Shown piece after piece: positions 1 to 6,401 of a stretch of DNA of 12,200 nt (position 1 is its first letter; each line of letters starts with the position of its first letter). Made by a program: the position numbers and the translations under genes. The notes beneath the pieces are model-generated. The model was given only the letters and a program-made list of their open reading frames with translations, was not told where the DNA came from and searched no databases. Source of the stretch: Candidatus Bipolaricaulia bacterium (GTDB lineage: Bacteria; Bipolaricaulota; Bipolaricaulia; JBHIAT01); NCBI GenBank assembly GCA_046758705.1, contig JBHIAT010000112.1, positions 1 to 12,200 on the forward strand, written 5' to 3'.

Positions 1-86
1 TTCAACCCATCCCAGAACGCTTCTTTCCCCGTCCCGATGGAGGTGACCACACCCAACCCGGTCACCACCACCCGCTCCCTGCTCAT
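1..86 (-). CDS. fabF: 3-oxoacyl-ACP synthase II, N-terminal fragment (runs off window start)
   Basis: Reverse strand from ATG at 86 reads MSRERVVVTGLGVVTSIGTGKEAFWDGL, the typical FabF N-terminus. SD AAGGAGGA at 96-103. Not in the ORF track. Confidence 0.88.
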   Translation of the reverse strand, partial: MSRERVVVTGLGVVTSIGTGKEAFWDGL

Positions 87-131
87 GGGATGTTATCCTC
101 CTTATGGTCCTGCTCCACTACCTGTCCATGA

Positions 132-160
132 AGTATAAGAATTTCGGGCGAACATATCAA
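132..160 (-). promoter_or_regulatory. sigma70-type promoter for fabF
   Basis: Minus strand TTGATA (160-155), 17-nt spacer, TATACT (137-132). Confidence 0.65.
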
Positions 161-190
161 ATACTGAGCGACTCCAACCGGGCTTCGGTC

Positions 191-219
191 TTGCACCGCC
201 CCTTGGCATGTGTTACAAT
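191..219 (+). promoter_or_regulatory. sigma70-type promoter for the spoVG-tRNA-rnc unit
   Basis: TTGCAC (191-196), 17-nt spacer, TACAAT (214-219), with extended -10 TG at 211-212. Confidence 0.7.
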
Positions 220-274
220 AGCGTGGCCGATAAATCTAGAAACGCAAACCAACAGAAGTAGAGGTGTACTTAGT

Positions 275-580
275 GTGGAGATCACCAAGGTAGAGATCCG
301 ACCGATGAAAAACGAGGGGAACCTCAAGGCGTTCTCCTCGGTCATCTTCGACGACGTCTTCATCGTCCACTCCGTGAAAGTCATCGAGGGACGGGACGGA
401 CTGTTCGTCGCCATGCCGAGTGAAAAGACCAACAACGGAGATTTTCGGGATATCGCCCATCCGATCGATAATACGTTCAGACTGAAACTGGAGCAAGAGG
501 TACTGGCCAAGTACCATGAGGCGATAGGAGAGCCATCGGAGGACGAAGACGATATCTTAACCGAGGATATCACCCTATAA
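275..580 (+). CDS. spoVG: SpoVG family nucleic-acid-binding regulator (101 aa)
   Basis: GTG at 275 follows SD GAGGTG (261-266). MEITKVEIRP...LKAFSSVIFDDVFIVHSVKVIEGRDGLFVAMPS...FRDIAHPI matches the SpoVG family. The ORF-track start at 104 runs through both promoters. Confidence 0.93.
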   Translation: MEITKVEIRPMKNEGNLKAFSSVIFDDVFIVHSVKVIEGRDGLFVAMPSEKTNNGDFRDIAHPIDNTFRLKLEQEVLAKYHEAIGEPSEDEDDILTEDITL

Positions 581-597
581 CTATAAAGTACAAACCT

Positions 598-671
598 TGG
601 GGCGTGGCCAAGCGGTAAGGCACGGGCCTTTGGAGCCCGGATCGGGGGTTCGAATCCTCCCGCCCCAGCCA
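598..671 (+). tRNA. tRNA-Gln (anticodon UUG)
   Basis: Acceptor TGGGGCG/CGCCCCA with U1-A72, anticodon arm CGGGC-CTTTGGA-GCCCG, T loop GTTCGAATC, discriminator G and encoded CCA (669-671). Confidence 0.97.
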
Positions 672-697
672 GTCACAGACTAGGGATCAAAATTAAG

Positions 698-1387
698 ATG
701 GAGTTTGCTGCGTTGAACGCCAAGCTGGGCCTAGAGATCAAACCCGAAGAGCTCAGTCGGGCGTTTGCCCACAGTTCCTACGCCAACGAAAGCCCCGAAC
801 CACTGAGATCGAATGAGCGACTCGAATTTTTGGGCGATGCGGTGATCGCTCTTTCGGTCAGTGCCTACCTGTTTGAGCGACTCGATGGAGACGAGGGGAA
901 GCTGACCCAGATCAAATCGGTCGTCGTCAGCGAACCGGTGCTCGCCGATGCGGCCAGGACTCTGAGCCTGGATCGCTACCTGCTCCTCGGAAAAGGGGAG
1001 GAGAAAACTGGCGGACGGGATCGGCCCTCGATCCTCGCCGCTACTTTCGAAGCCCTGGTCGGGCTGATCTTCTCGAAGACCGGCTATCGGAGAGCCGCCG
1101 AGTTTGTCATCGACGTCCTACAGAGCGAGATCGACCGGATCGTCGACCGGCCCCAGCACGGGGATTATAAGAGCCTGCTCCAGGAACTGACCGTCAACAC
1201 CTTCGGCAAGCCGCCCGTCTACCGACTGTTGGATGAGCAGGGCGCGGAGCACCGCAAGGTGTTCACCGTCGAGGTTGAGGTGGACCAGTTGAACGAGCGG
1301 GGTCGGGGGCGGAGGATCAAAGAAGCAGAGCAGGCAGCCGCCAAGCGGGCCTACTTAAAGTTAAAAAAGTTAAAAGGTTTAAGATGA
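698..1387 (+). CDS. rnc: Ribonuclease III
   Basis: Signature NERLEFLGDAV; HSSYANE; C-terminal dsRNA-binding domain DYKSLLQE...FTVEV...GRGRRIKEAEQAAA. Confidence 0.97.
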   Translation: MEFAALNAKLGLEIKPEELSRAFAHSSYANESPEPLRSNERLEFLGDAVIALSVSAYLFERLDGDEGKLTQIKSVVVSEPVLADAARTLSLDRYLLLGKGEEKTGGRDRPSILAATFEALVGLIFSKTGYRRAAEFVIDVLQSEIDRIVDRPQHGDYKSLLQELTVNTFGKPPVYRLLDEQGAEHRKVFTVEVEVDQLNERGRGRRIKEAEQAAAKRAYLKLKKLKGLR

Positions 1388-1426
1388 TTTTTTGACTTTT
1401 GAACTTTCAACTTTTAAACTTGAAAC
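1355..1426. repeat. AT-rich short tandem/inverted repeat element, copy 1
   Basis: AAAGTT-type units at 1357-1380, then ACTTTT(G/A)A-type units at 1393-1426, period 7-9 nt. Strongly AT-rich against the GC-rich background and overlapping the last codons of rnc. Confidence 0.75.
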
Positions 1427-1432
1427 AGACTT

Positions 1433-1506
1433 GCGCCTGTAGCTCAGCTGGATAGAGCGGCGGGTTCCTAACCCGTAGGTCGGGGGTTCGAGTCCTCCCA
1501 GGCGTA
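1433..1506 (+). tRNA. tRNA-Arg (anticodon CCU)
   Basis: Acceptor GCGCCTG/CAGGCGT, D arm AGCTCAGCTGGATAGAGC, anticodon arm GCGGG-TTCCTAA-CCCGT, T loop GTTCGAGTC. Discriminator A1506 is followed by CCC, so CCA is not fully encoded. Confidence 0.96.
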
Positions 1507-1510
1507 CCCA

Positions 1511-1565
1511 AGATAGTTAAAAAGTTATCAGGTTTTAGCACTTTTGACTTTTTAACTTTTCAACT
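1511..1565. repeat. AT-rich short tandem/inverted repeat element, copy 2 (hairpin)
   Basis: AGTTAAAAAGTTA (1515-1527) pairs with TGACTTTTTAACT (1545-1557): 13 bp with one G-U and a 17-nt loop. Same repeat units as copy 1. Confidence 0.75.
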
Positions 1566-1568
1566 GTT

Positions 1569-2534
1569 ATGGAACGACCGACGTTTCGAGATGTGCTGCG
1601 GGCACGGGAGATCATCCGTCACTACCTCTCCCCGCCCCCCCTCTACCATTACGCTTCGCTCGATCAGCTGTTGGGGTGTGCGACCTATGTCAAACACGAG
1701 AATCACCAGCCGATCGGGGCGTTCAAGGTGCGGGGTGGGATCAACCTGATCGCGTCGCTGAGCGAGGCGGAGTGTCACCGTGGGGTGATCACCGCCTCCA
1801 CCGGCAACCACGGCCAGTCGATCGCCTACGCCGCCCGGCTGTTCGGGGTGGAGGCTCGGGTGGTCGTCCCCGAGGGAGCCAACCCCGGCAAGGTGGAGGC
1901 GATCCGAAACTTAGGAGCGGAGGTGATCTTTCGCGGTCACGACTTCGACGATGCCCGACTCTATACCGAACAACAGGCCGAAACGCACGGCTATCGCTAC
2001 ATCCACTCTGCTAACGAACCGCTGCTGATCGCCGGGGTAGGGACCTACACGCTTGAGATCCTTGAGGCACAGCCGGAGATCGAAACGATCATCGTGCCGG
2101 TAGGCGGTGGGAGCGGGGCGAGTGGGAGCTCGATCGTGGCCAAGGCCATCGATCCGCAGATCGAAGTGATCGGCGTCCAGTCAGAGCGGGCACCGGCCGC
2201 CTACCTCGCCTGGAACGAGGGACGCCCGGTCGAGGCCGAGATGGAGACATTCGCCGAGGGCTTAGCGACCCGATTCTCGTTCGAGCTGACCCAGAGCATC
2301 CTGCAGGACCTGCTTGATGATTTCATCCTGGTGAGCGACGAGGAGCTGAAGCATGCGATCGTGCTGCTGCTCGAAAACACTCACAACCTCGCTGAAGGAG
2401 CTGGAGCGGCCGCCCTGGCCGCGGCGCTCAAGCTCCGTGATCGGCTCGCGGGCCGGAAGGTGGCGCTGATCCTGAGCGGCGGGAACCTATCGCTGGACAG
2501 GCTCCGGGAGGCGGTCGCGTCAGGAAGGAAGTGA
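1569..2534 (+). CDS. PLP-dependent threonine/serine dehydratase family protein (IlvA/TdcB-like catalytic domain, no ACT domain)
   Basis: KHENHQPIGAFKVRGG (PLP lysine), ASTGNHG, VPVGGGSG and LSGGN motifs. Confidence 0.92.
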   Translation: MERPTFRDVLRAREIIRHYLSPPPLYHYASLDQLLGCATYVKHENHQPIGAFKVRGGINLIASLSEAECHRGVITASTGNHGQSIAYAARLFGVEARVVVPEGANPGKVEAIRNLGAEVIFRGHDFDDARLYTEQQAETHGYRYIHSANEPLLIAGVGTYTLEILEAQPEIETIIVPVGGGSGASGSSIVAKAIDPQIEVIGVQSERAPAAYLAWNEGRPVEAEMETFAEGLATRFSFELTQSILQDLLDDFILVSDEELKHAIVLLLENTHNLAEGAGAAALAAALKLRDRLAGRKVALILSGGNLSLDRLREAVASGRK

Positions 2535-2535
2535 G

Positions 2536-3084
2536 ATGAACCGAGAACAAGCGCTGGTGCTGGTAGAGGAGTACACCAAGAATGTGAACTTGAGACGGCA
2601 TATGCTCGCCGTCGAAGCGGCGATACGGACCTACGCCCGGAAGTTCGGTGAGGACGAGGACCTCTGGGGGGTAACCGGTCTGCTCCACGACTTCGATTAT
2701 GAAACATACCCGGACGAACACCCGGCACGGGGGGTCCGCATCCTAGAAGAGCAGGGTTGTTCAGAGGAGATCGTCTACGCCATCAAATCCCACGCCGACT
2801 ACCTGGGGATCGAGCGGATCCACCCGTTGGACAAGACGCTGTTCGCCGTCGATGACCTCACCGGATTCATCGTGGCGGTGGCGTTGGTGATGCCGAACAA
2901 GAGCCTGCATGAGGTGACCGTGGCGTCGGTCAAAAAGAAACTCCGTTCCAAGGGGTTCGCCCGCAACGTCGATCGTGAAGAGCTTCACACGGGGGCCGAA
3001 GCGCTGGGGGTGCCGCTCGATGATCACATCGAGACAGTCCTCAGAGCCATGCAGGGGATCGCCGATGAGCTAGGGTTAGCGTAG
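2536..3084 (+). CDS. HD-superfamily (HDIG-type) metal-dependent hydrolase
   Basis: RRHMLAVE, GLLHDFDYE, EHP, AIKSH and LFAVDDLTG motifs; starts 1 nt after the upstream stop. Confidence 0.9.
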   Translation: MNREQALVLVEEYTKNVNLRRHMLAVEAAIRTYARKFGEDEDLWGVTGLLHDFDYETYPDEHPARGVRILEEQGCSEEIVYAIKSHADYLGIERIHPLDKTLFAVDDLTGFIVAVALVMPNKSLHEVTVASVKKKLRSKGFARNVDREELHTGAEALGVPLDDHIETVLRAMQGIADELGLA

Positions 3085-3104
3085 TTCACTCACGAAGGCA
3101 ACGA

Positions 3105-3632
3105 TCAGGCAGGCATTGCGTGGGAGTGGAAGGTAAGCGGTGTATTCTGATAATCGTAGTTGCCCACGTGGGTTGTCAACAGCTGTTTGCGCTCATGATC
3201 CCAATAGGTGAGATCATACTCCGTAGGGTCCGATGGGTTATAGTTCTCCCCTAATAAGGCGAGCAATACCCGACCGGTGACATCGAGAACGTAGATGACC
3301 GTGGCCCCGTAGGGTTGCGGTGAGAAGAACGCGTAAGCGATTGCGTAGTGAACGGTACGATCGAATTCATAGTTCTCTCTCCCGGCCGTATACCCGGTGA
3401 GTTCACGATGGAAGTAAACATACCATTTCCATCCCTCATTCTGTACCCTGTCCCACATATACTGAAACACGGAGGGCAGGTCGGAGAAGTTATCAAAGTA
3501 CAGATGTTCGATCTTAACTTCGCCGGCGTATCCCCCGAACGGGACAGCATACAGGGCAAGCGATACGAGCCCCAAGATCGTGAACACGGCGATGATGGTC
3601 CCGCCTCTGGTTGCGATGCTTAGCCTTGACAT
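3105..3632 (-). CDS. Hypothetical exported or membrane-anchored protein (175 aa)
   Basis: ATG at 3632 with strong SD AAGGAGGTGA (3647-3638). Basic N-terminus plus hydrophobic stretch IIAVFTILGLVSLALYA, then a Tyr/Trp/Phe-rich body. No family recognised. The ORF-track extension to 3869 reads through the riboswitch. Confidence 0.8.
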   Translation of the reverse strand: MSRLSIATRGGTIIAVFTILGLVSLALYAVPFGGYAGEVKIEHLYFDNFSDLPSVFQYMWDRVQNEGWKWYVYFHRELTGYTAGRENYEFDRTVHYAIAYAFFSPQPYGATVIYVLDVTGRVLLALLGENYNPSDPTEYDLTYWDHERKQLLTTHVGNYDYQNTPLTFHSHAMPA

Positions 3633-3636
3633 AGGG

Positions 3637-3738
3637 TTCACCTCCTTAACTGCAGGAGTTGAATCGGTCAGGGCCTGCAAAGGTGGGTTGTACGGTCGGC
3701 CTGTTAAGATCCAGTACACCCAAAGTTTGCAAGGTCCT
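3637..3738 (-). promoter_or_regulatory. Putative translational expression platform (SD-sequestering hairpin plus long upstream stem-loop)
   Basis: UUCAACUCCU (3663-3654) pairs at 9 of 10 positions with AGGAGGUGAA (3646-3637). Upstream stem: CUUGCAAA/UUUGCAGG, UGGGU/ACCCA, GUAC/GUAC. Confidence 0.6.
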
Positions 3739-3822
3739 TCGGCAGCCCGGTCACCCCTGTAGTAGGGGTCCGTTGGCTTTGCGCCCCGCTGGGGCACCCT
3801 TTCGGGACCGACTGCTATCTCC
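3735..3822 (-). promoter_or_regulatory. Second, variant c-di-GMP-I (GEMM)-like aptamer
   Basis: RNA: GGAGAUA-GC-AGUCGGUCCC-GAAA-GGGUGCCCCAGCGGGGC-GC-AAA-GCCAACGGACCCCU-ACUAC-AGGGGUGACCGGGC-UGCCGAAGG. The junction GGGGCGCAAAGCC, P3 and the 3' CGGGCUGCCGAA are conserved, while P2 and P1 are altered. Confidence 0.6.
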
Positions 3823-3897
3823 TTCGGTAGCCCGACTGTCCTTTCGGATCCGTGGCTTTGCGCCCCCACCTTTCGGTGGGTTTGCCTTTGTCGTGGC
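3821..3897 (-). promoter_or_regulatory. c-di-GMP-I (GEMM) riboswitch aptamer
   Basis: RNA: GCCACGACAAAG-GCAAACCCACC-GAAA-GGUGGG-GGCGC-AAA-GCCACGGAUCC-GAAA-GGACAGUCGGGC-UACCGAAGG. It matches the class I layout: GCAAAC, P2 GNRA loop, GCGCAAAGCC junction, AG bulge in P3, 3' CCGA. G is at the G20-equivalent position (3886). Confidence 0.9.
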
Positions 3898-3918
3898 TGC
3901 GTCTTTGGGCTTCACTTC

Positions 3919-3947
3919 CTATTGTACCCAAACACCAAAAGGTTTAG
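3919..3947 (-). promoter_or_regulatory. Candidate promoter of the riboswitch leader
   Basis: Minus strand CTAAA-N13-GGGTACAATAG, about 20 nt upstream of aptamer 1. Contains TACAAT but no sigma70 -35. Confidence 0.45.
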
Positions 3948-3963
3948 CCGTGAGCGGCTAAAC
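3937..3963 (-). terminator. Probable intrinsic terminator of the sigma factor gene
   Basis: Perfect 9-bp inverted repeat GTTTAGCCG/CGGCTAAAC (3942-3950, 3955-3963) with a 4-nt loop, 7 nt after the stop, followed by CUUUU on the minus strand. Confidence 0.6.
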
Positions 3964-3970
3964 TAACGTG

Positions 3971-4726
3971 TTAACGTTCCAACTCCTTCTTAATCTCTTG
4001 GAGCGCTTGATCCTTGAGCCGGGAGATGTGGCGCTGCGTGTAGCCAATCTCATCGCCGACCTCCTGCTGAGTCTTCCCTTCATAGAACAAGCCTTGAATG
4101 ACCTTCTGCTGAATCTCAGATAGCTTCTCAATGATGATGGCGATCTTGATGCGATCCTCGATCGGAAGCTTGAAAGTTTCGTAGGTCTTGCTGCGGATCT
4201 TGTGGATGTCGATCCTCGGCCGCCCGTCAAGCTCCCGGCGCTTCTCGTCAAGGGGGATGTAATACATGCTCTCCCGGGCTTTCAGCACCTCGATAATCCC
4301 CTCCTCCTCGATGTTGAGCGCCTCGGCCAGCTCGCTGAGCGTGGGGAGTTCCCCGTTCTGCTGGAACAACTCCTCCTCGGTCCGCTTGACTTGCTCGTTG
4401 AGTCGCCGGAGCCAGCGGGGGATCCGGATGAAGTGCTGGGTCTTTCGGATGTGGTGGCGGATCTCACCTTGGATGAGATGAGTGGCATAGGTGCTGAACT
4501 TGAAGCCGCGATCCGGGTCGAAGTTATGGATGGCGTTGAGCAGGCCGATGTAGCCGGCCTGGACCAGATCCTCGTATGGCTCTCCGGAGTTCAAAAACCG
4601 CTTAGCCAGTGATTTGACCAGACCGATGTTCTGCTCGATGATGAGCGTTTCGACCTCGGGCCTGCTGGGAAGCTCGTTGAGGAGCTCTTCAGTCGTCTTG
4701 GATCGGTTCTTCAGATCTCGGTTCAT
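3971..4726 (-). CDS. RNA polymerase sigma factor, SigB/SigF/SigG family (group 3)
   Basis: Region 2 NIGLVKSLAKRF...EDLVQAGYIGLLNAIHNFDPDRGFKFSTYA...IQGEIRHH; IRIPR; region 3 PTLSELAEAL; region 4 TQQEVGDEIGYTQRHISRL. Start is ATG 4726 or GTG 4729. Confidence 0.93.
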   Translation of the reverse strand: MNRDLKNRSKTTEELLNELPSRPEVETLIIEQNIGLVKSLAKRFLNSGEPYEDLVQAGYIGLLNAIHNFDPDRGFKFSTYATHLIQGEIRHHIRKTQHFIRIPRWLRRLNEQVKRTEEELFQQNGELPTLSELAEALNIEEEGIIEVLKARESMYYIPLDEKRRELDGRPRIDIHKIRSKTYETFKLPIEDRIKIAIIIEKLSEIQQKVIQGLFYEGKTQQEVGDEIGYTQRHISRLKDQALQEIKKELER

Positions 4727-4748
4727 CACGAGGTTTCTCTATCGCCAT

Positions 4749-4776
4749 CTATTATGCCCCTTTTTTGGCGCTCTAG
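4749..4776 (-). promoter_or_regulatory. Candidate promoter of the sigma factor gene
   Basis: Minus strand CTAGA-N12-GGGCATAATAG, about 20 nt upstream of the start and similar to the motif at 3919-3947. Confidence 0.45.
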
Positions 4777-4862
4777 ATGTTGGGCTCTAAGAACGATCGA
4801 TTGGTAACTGTGTGAGCTTCAGCTAGACTGGGACGGTGATCTCACCCGATACCTGTTGCAGA

Positions 4863-4891
4863 TTGCGAAATCTCCTGCTCCGTCCTATAAT
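4863..4891 (+). promoter_or_regulatory. sigma70-type promoter for guaB
   Basis: TTGCGA (4863-4868), 17-nt spacer, TATAAT (4886-4891). Confidence 0.75.
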
Positions 4892-4919
4892 TGTAAAAAG
4901 CCAATCGGGGGGATACTTT

Positions 4920-6401
4920 ATGATAGAGGACAAGCTGGTCGGAGTGGGATTGACCTTCGACGATGTCCTGCTGATCCCACAACGATCGGGGATTCTGCCC
5001 CGGGATGTTGACGTACACACCCGACTCACCCCAAGGATTGATCTCAACATCCCAATCATCAGTGCAGCGATGGACACGGTCACCGAGAGCCAGATGGCGA
5101 TCGCTATTGCCAGAGACGGGGGCGTGGGGGTGGTCCACCGCAACCTGTCTCCGGAGCGTCAAGCCGAGGAGGTCCAAGCCGTTAAACGCTATGAGAGCGG
5201 GATCATCCGAGACCCGATCACGCTCACCCAGGAGGAGTCGGTCGGGCAGGCTCTGCAAGTCATGGAACGGTTCGACATCTCCGGAATCCCGATCGTCTCG
5301 GACGGGGGGCGGTTGGAAGGACTGATCACCATTCGGGACCTGCGTTTCCAGCAGGATCTGAGCCGCAAGATCGCTGAGGTAATGACCCGTCGGAAGGCGT
5401 TGGTCACCGCGCCCATGGAGGTGAGTTTCGACAAGGCGAAGAAGATCCTGCATGACCATAAGATCGAGAAACTTCCGCTTGTCGACGAGGATTTCCGATT
5501 GCGAGGGTTGATCACCATCAAGGACATTCAGAAGGCTGAGCAGCATCCCAATGCTTGCAAAGATACTCACGGGCGGCTGCGGGTCGGGGCGGCCGTCGGG
5601 ACCTCACTCGATCTGGAGCGTGAGGAGCGATTGATCGAGGCAGGCGTCGACTTTTTGGTGGTCGACACCGCCCACGGTGACTCCGACGGCGTCATCGACA
5701 AGATTCAGGGGCTGAAACGGGCGTTCCAGATCGATGTGATCGCTGGGAATGTCGCCACCCCCGCGGGGGCGGCTGCATTGGCCAAGGCCGGAGCCGATGC
5801 GATCAAGGTGGGAGTGGGGCCGGGGAGTATCTGTACCAGCCGGATCGTTGCCGGGGTCGGGGTTCCACAGCTCACTGCCATCTACAACTGCGCTCAGATC
5901 GCCAAGGAGTACGGTCTGCCGACGATCGCCGACGGCGGGATCCGGTTCTCCGGGGATATTGCCAAGGCGATCGTCGCCGGAGCCGACGTCGTCATGATCG
6001 GAGCGTTGTTATCGGGCACCAAGGAGGCACCCGGTGAGGTGTTCACCCTCCAGGGGAAGCTCTATAAGACCTACCGCGGTATGGGTTCGCTCGCGGCGAT
6101 GCGGGCCGGGAGCGCCGATCGGTACGGCCGCGACCAGGATGATCTGGAGGAGCCGATCCCGGAAGGGATCGAGGGCCGGGTCCGTTACCGGGGGGAGCTC
6201 AATGGGGTGTTACGCCAGCTGGTCGGCGGGTTGCAGGCGAGCATGGGCTACTGCGGGACACCCACCATCGAGGCGCTCCAGCGGGACGGCCAGTTTATCC
6301 AGGTGACCCACGCCGGTGTCATCGAGTCCCATCCCCATGATATCCAGATCACCAAGGAGGCACCGAACTACAGCCTCTCGGATTTGAATCTGCTGGACTG
6401 A
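4920..6401 (+). CDS. guaB: IMP dehydrogenase with CBS pair (493 aa)
   Basis: [24 protein letters not shown], catalytic [32 protein letters not shown] 4920 follows a G-rich SD and lies downstream of the promoter. Confidence 0.97.
   Translation: MIEDKLVGVGLTFDDVLLIPQRSGILPRDVDVHTRLTPRIDLNIPIISAAMDTVTESQMAIAIARDGGVGVVHRNLSPERQAEEVQAVKRYESGIIRDPITLTQEESVGQALQVMERFDISGIPIVSDGGRLEGLITIRDLRFQQDLSRKIAEVMTRRKALVTAPMEVSFDKAKKILHDHKIEKLPLVDEDFRLRGLITIKDIQKAEQHPNACKDTHGRLRVGAAVGTSLDLEREERLIEAGVDFLVVDTAHGDSDGVIDKIQGLKRAFQIDVIAGNVATPAGAAALAKAGADAIKVGVGPGSICTSRIVAGVGVPQLTAIYNCAQIAKEYGLPTIADGGIRFSGDIAKAIVAGADVVMIGALLSGTKEAPGEVFTLQGKLYKTYRGMGSLAAMRAGSADRYGRDQDDLEEPIPEGIEGRVRYRGELNGVLRQLVGGLQASMGYCGTPTIEALQRDGQFIQVTHAGVIESHPHDIQITKEAPNYSLSDLNLLD

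Noticed and set aside
104-274. N-terminal extension of the spoVG ORF in the ORF track
   Set aside because: It spans both divergent promoters; family similarity and the SD begin at GTG 275.
1355-1565. CRISPR array or prophage/IS attachment site at tRNA-Arg
   Set aside because: Units are 7-9 nt with no spacers; no cas, integrase or transposase gene and no duplicated tRNA 3' end in the window.
3721-3733. GCAAAC on the - strand as the start of a third GEMM aptamer, or a c-di-AMP (ydaO)-like segment
   Set aside because: No GCAAAGCC junction, P3 or ydaO core follows; the bases are explained by the long platform hairpin.
3633-3869. 79-codon upstream extension of the orphan ORF
   Set aside because: It reads through the aptamers with no SD, while ATG 3632 has a strong SD followed by a signal-like peptide.
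3659-3961. 100-aa + strand ORF and other small ORFs over the leader
   Set aside because: Antisense to the structured RNA, with no recognisable protein features.
4836-4919. Longer guaB start from the ORF track
   Set aside because: It overlaps the TTGCGA/TATAAT promoter, and IMPDH similarity starts at ATG 4920.
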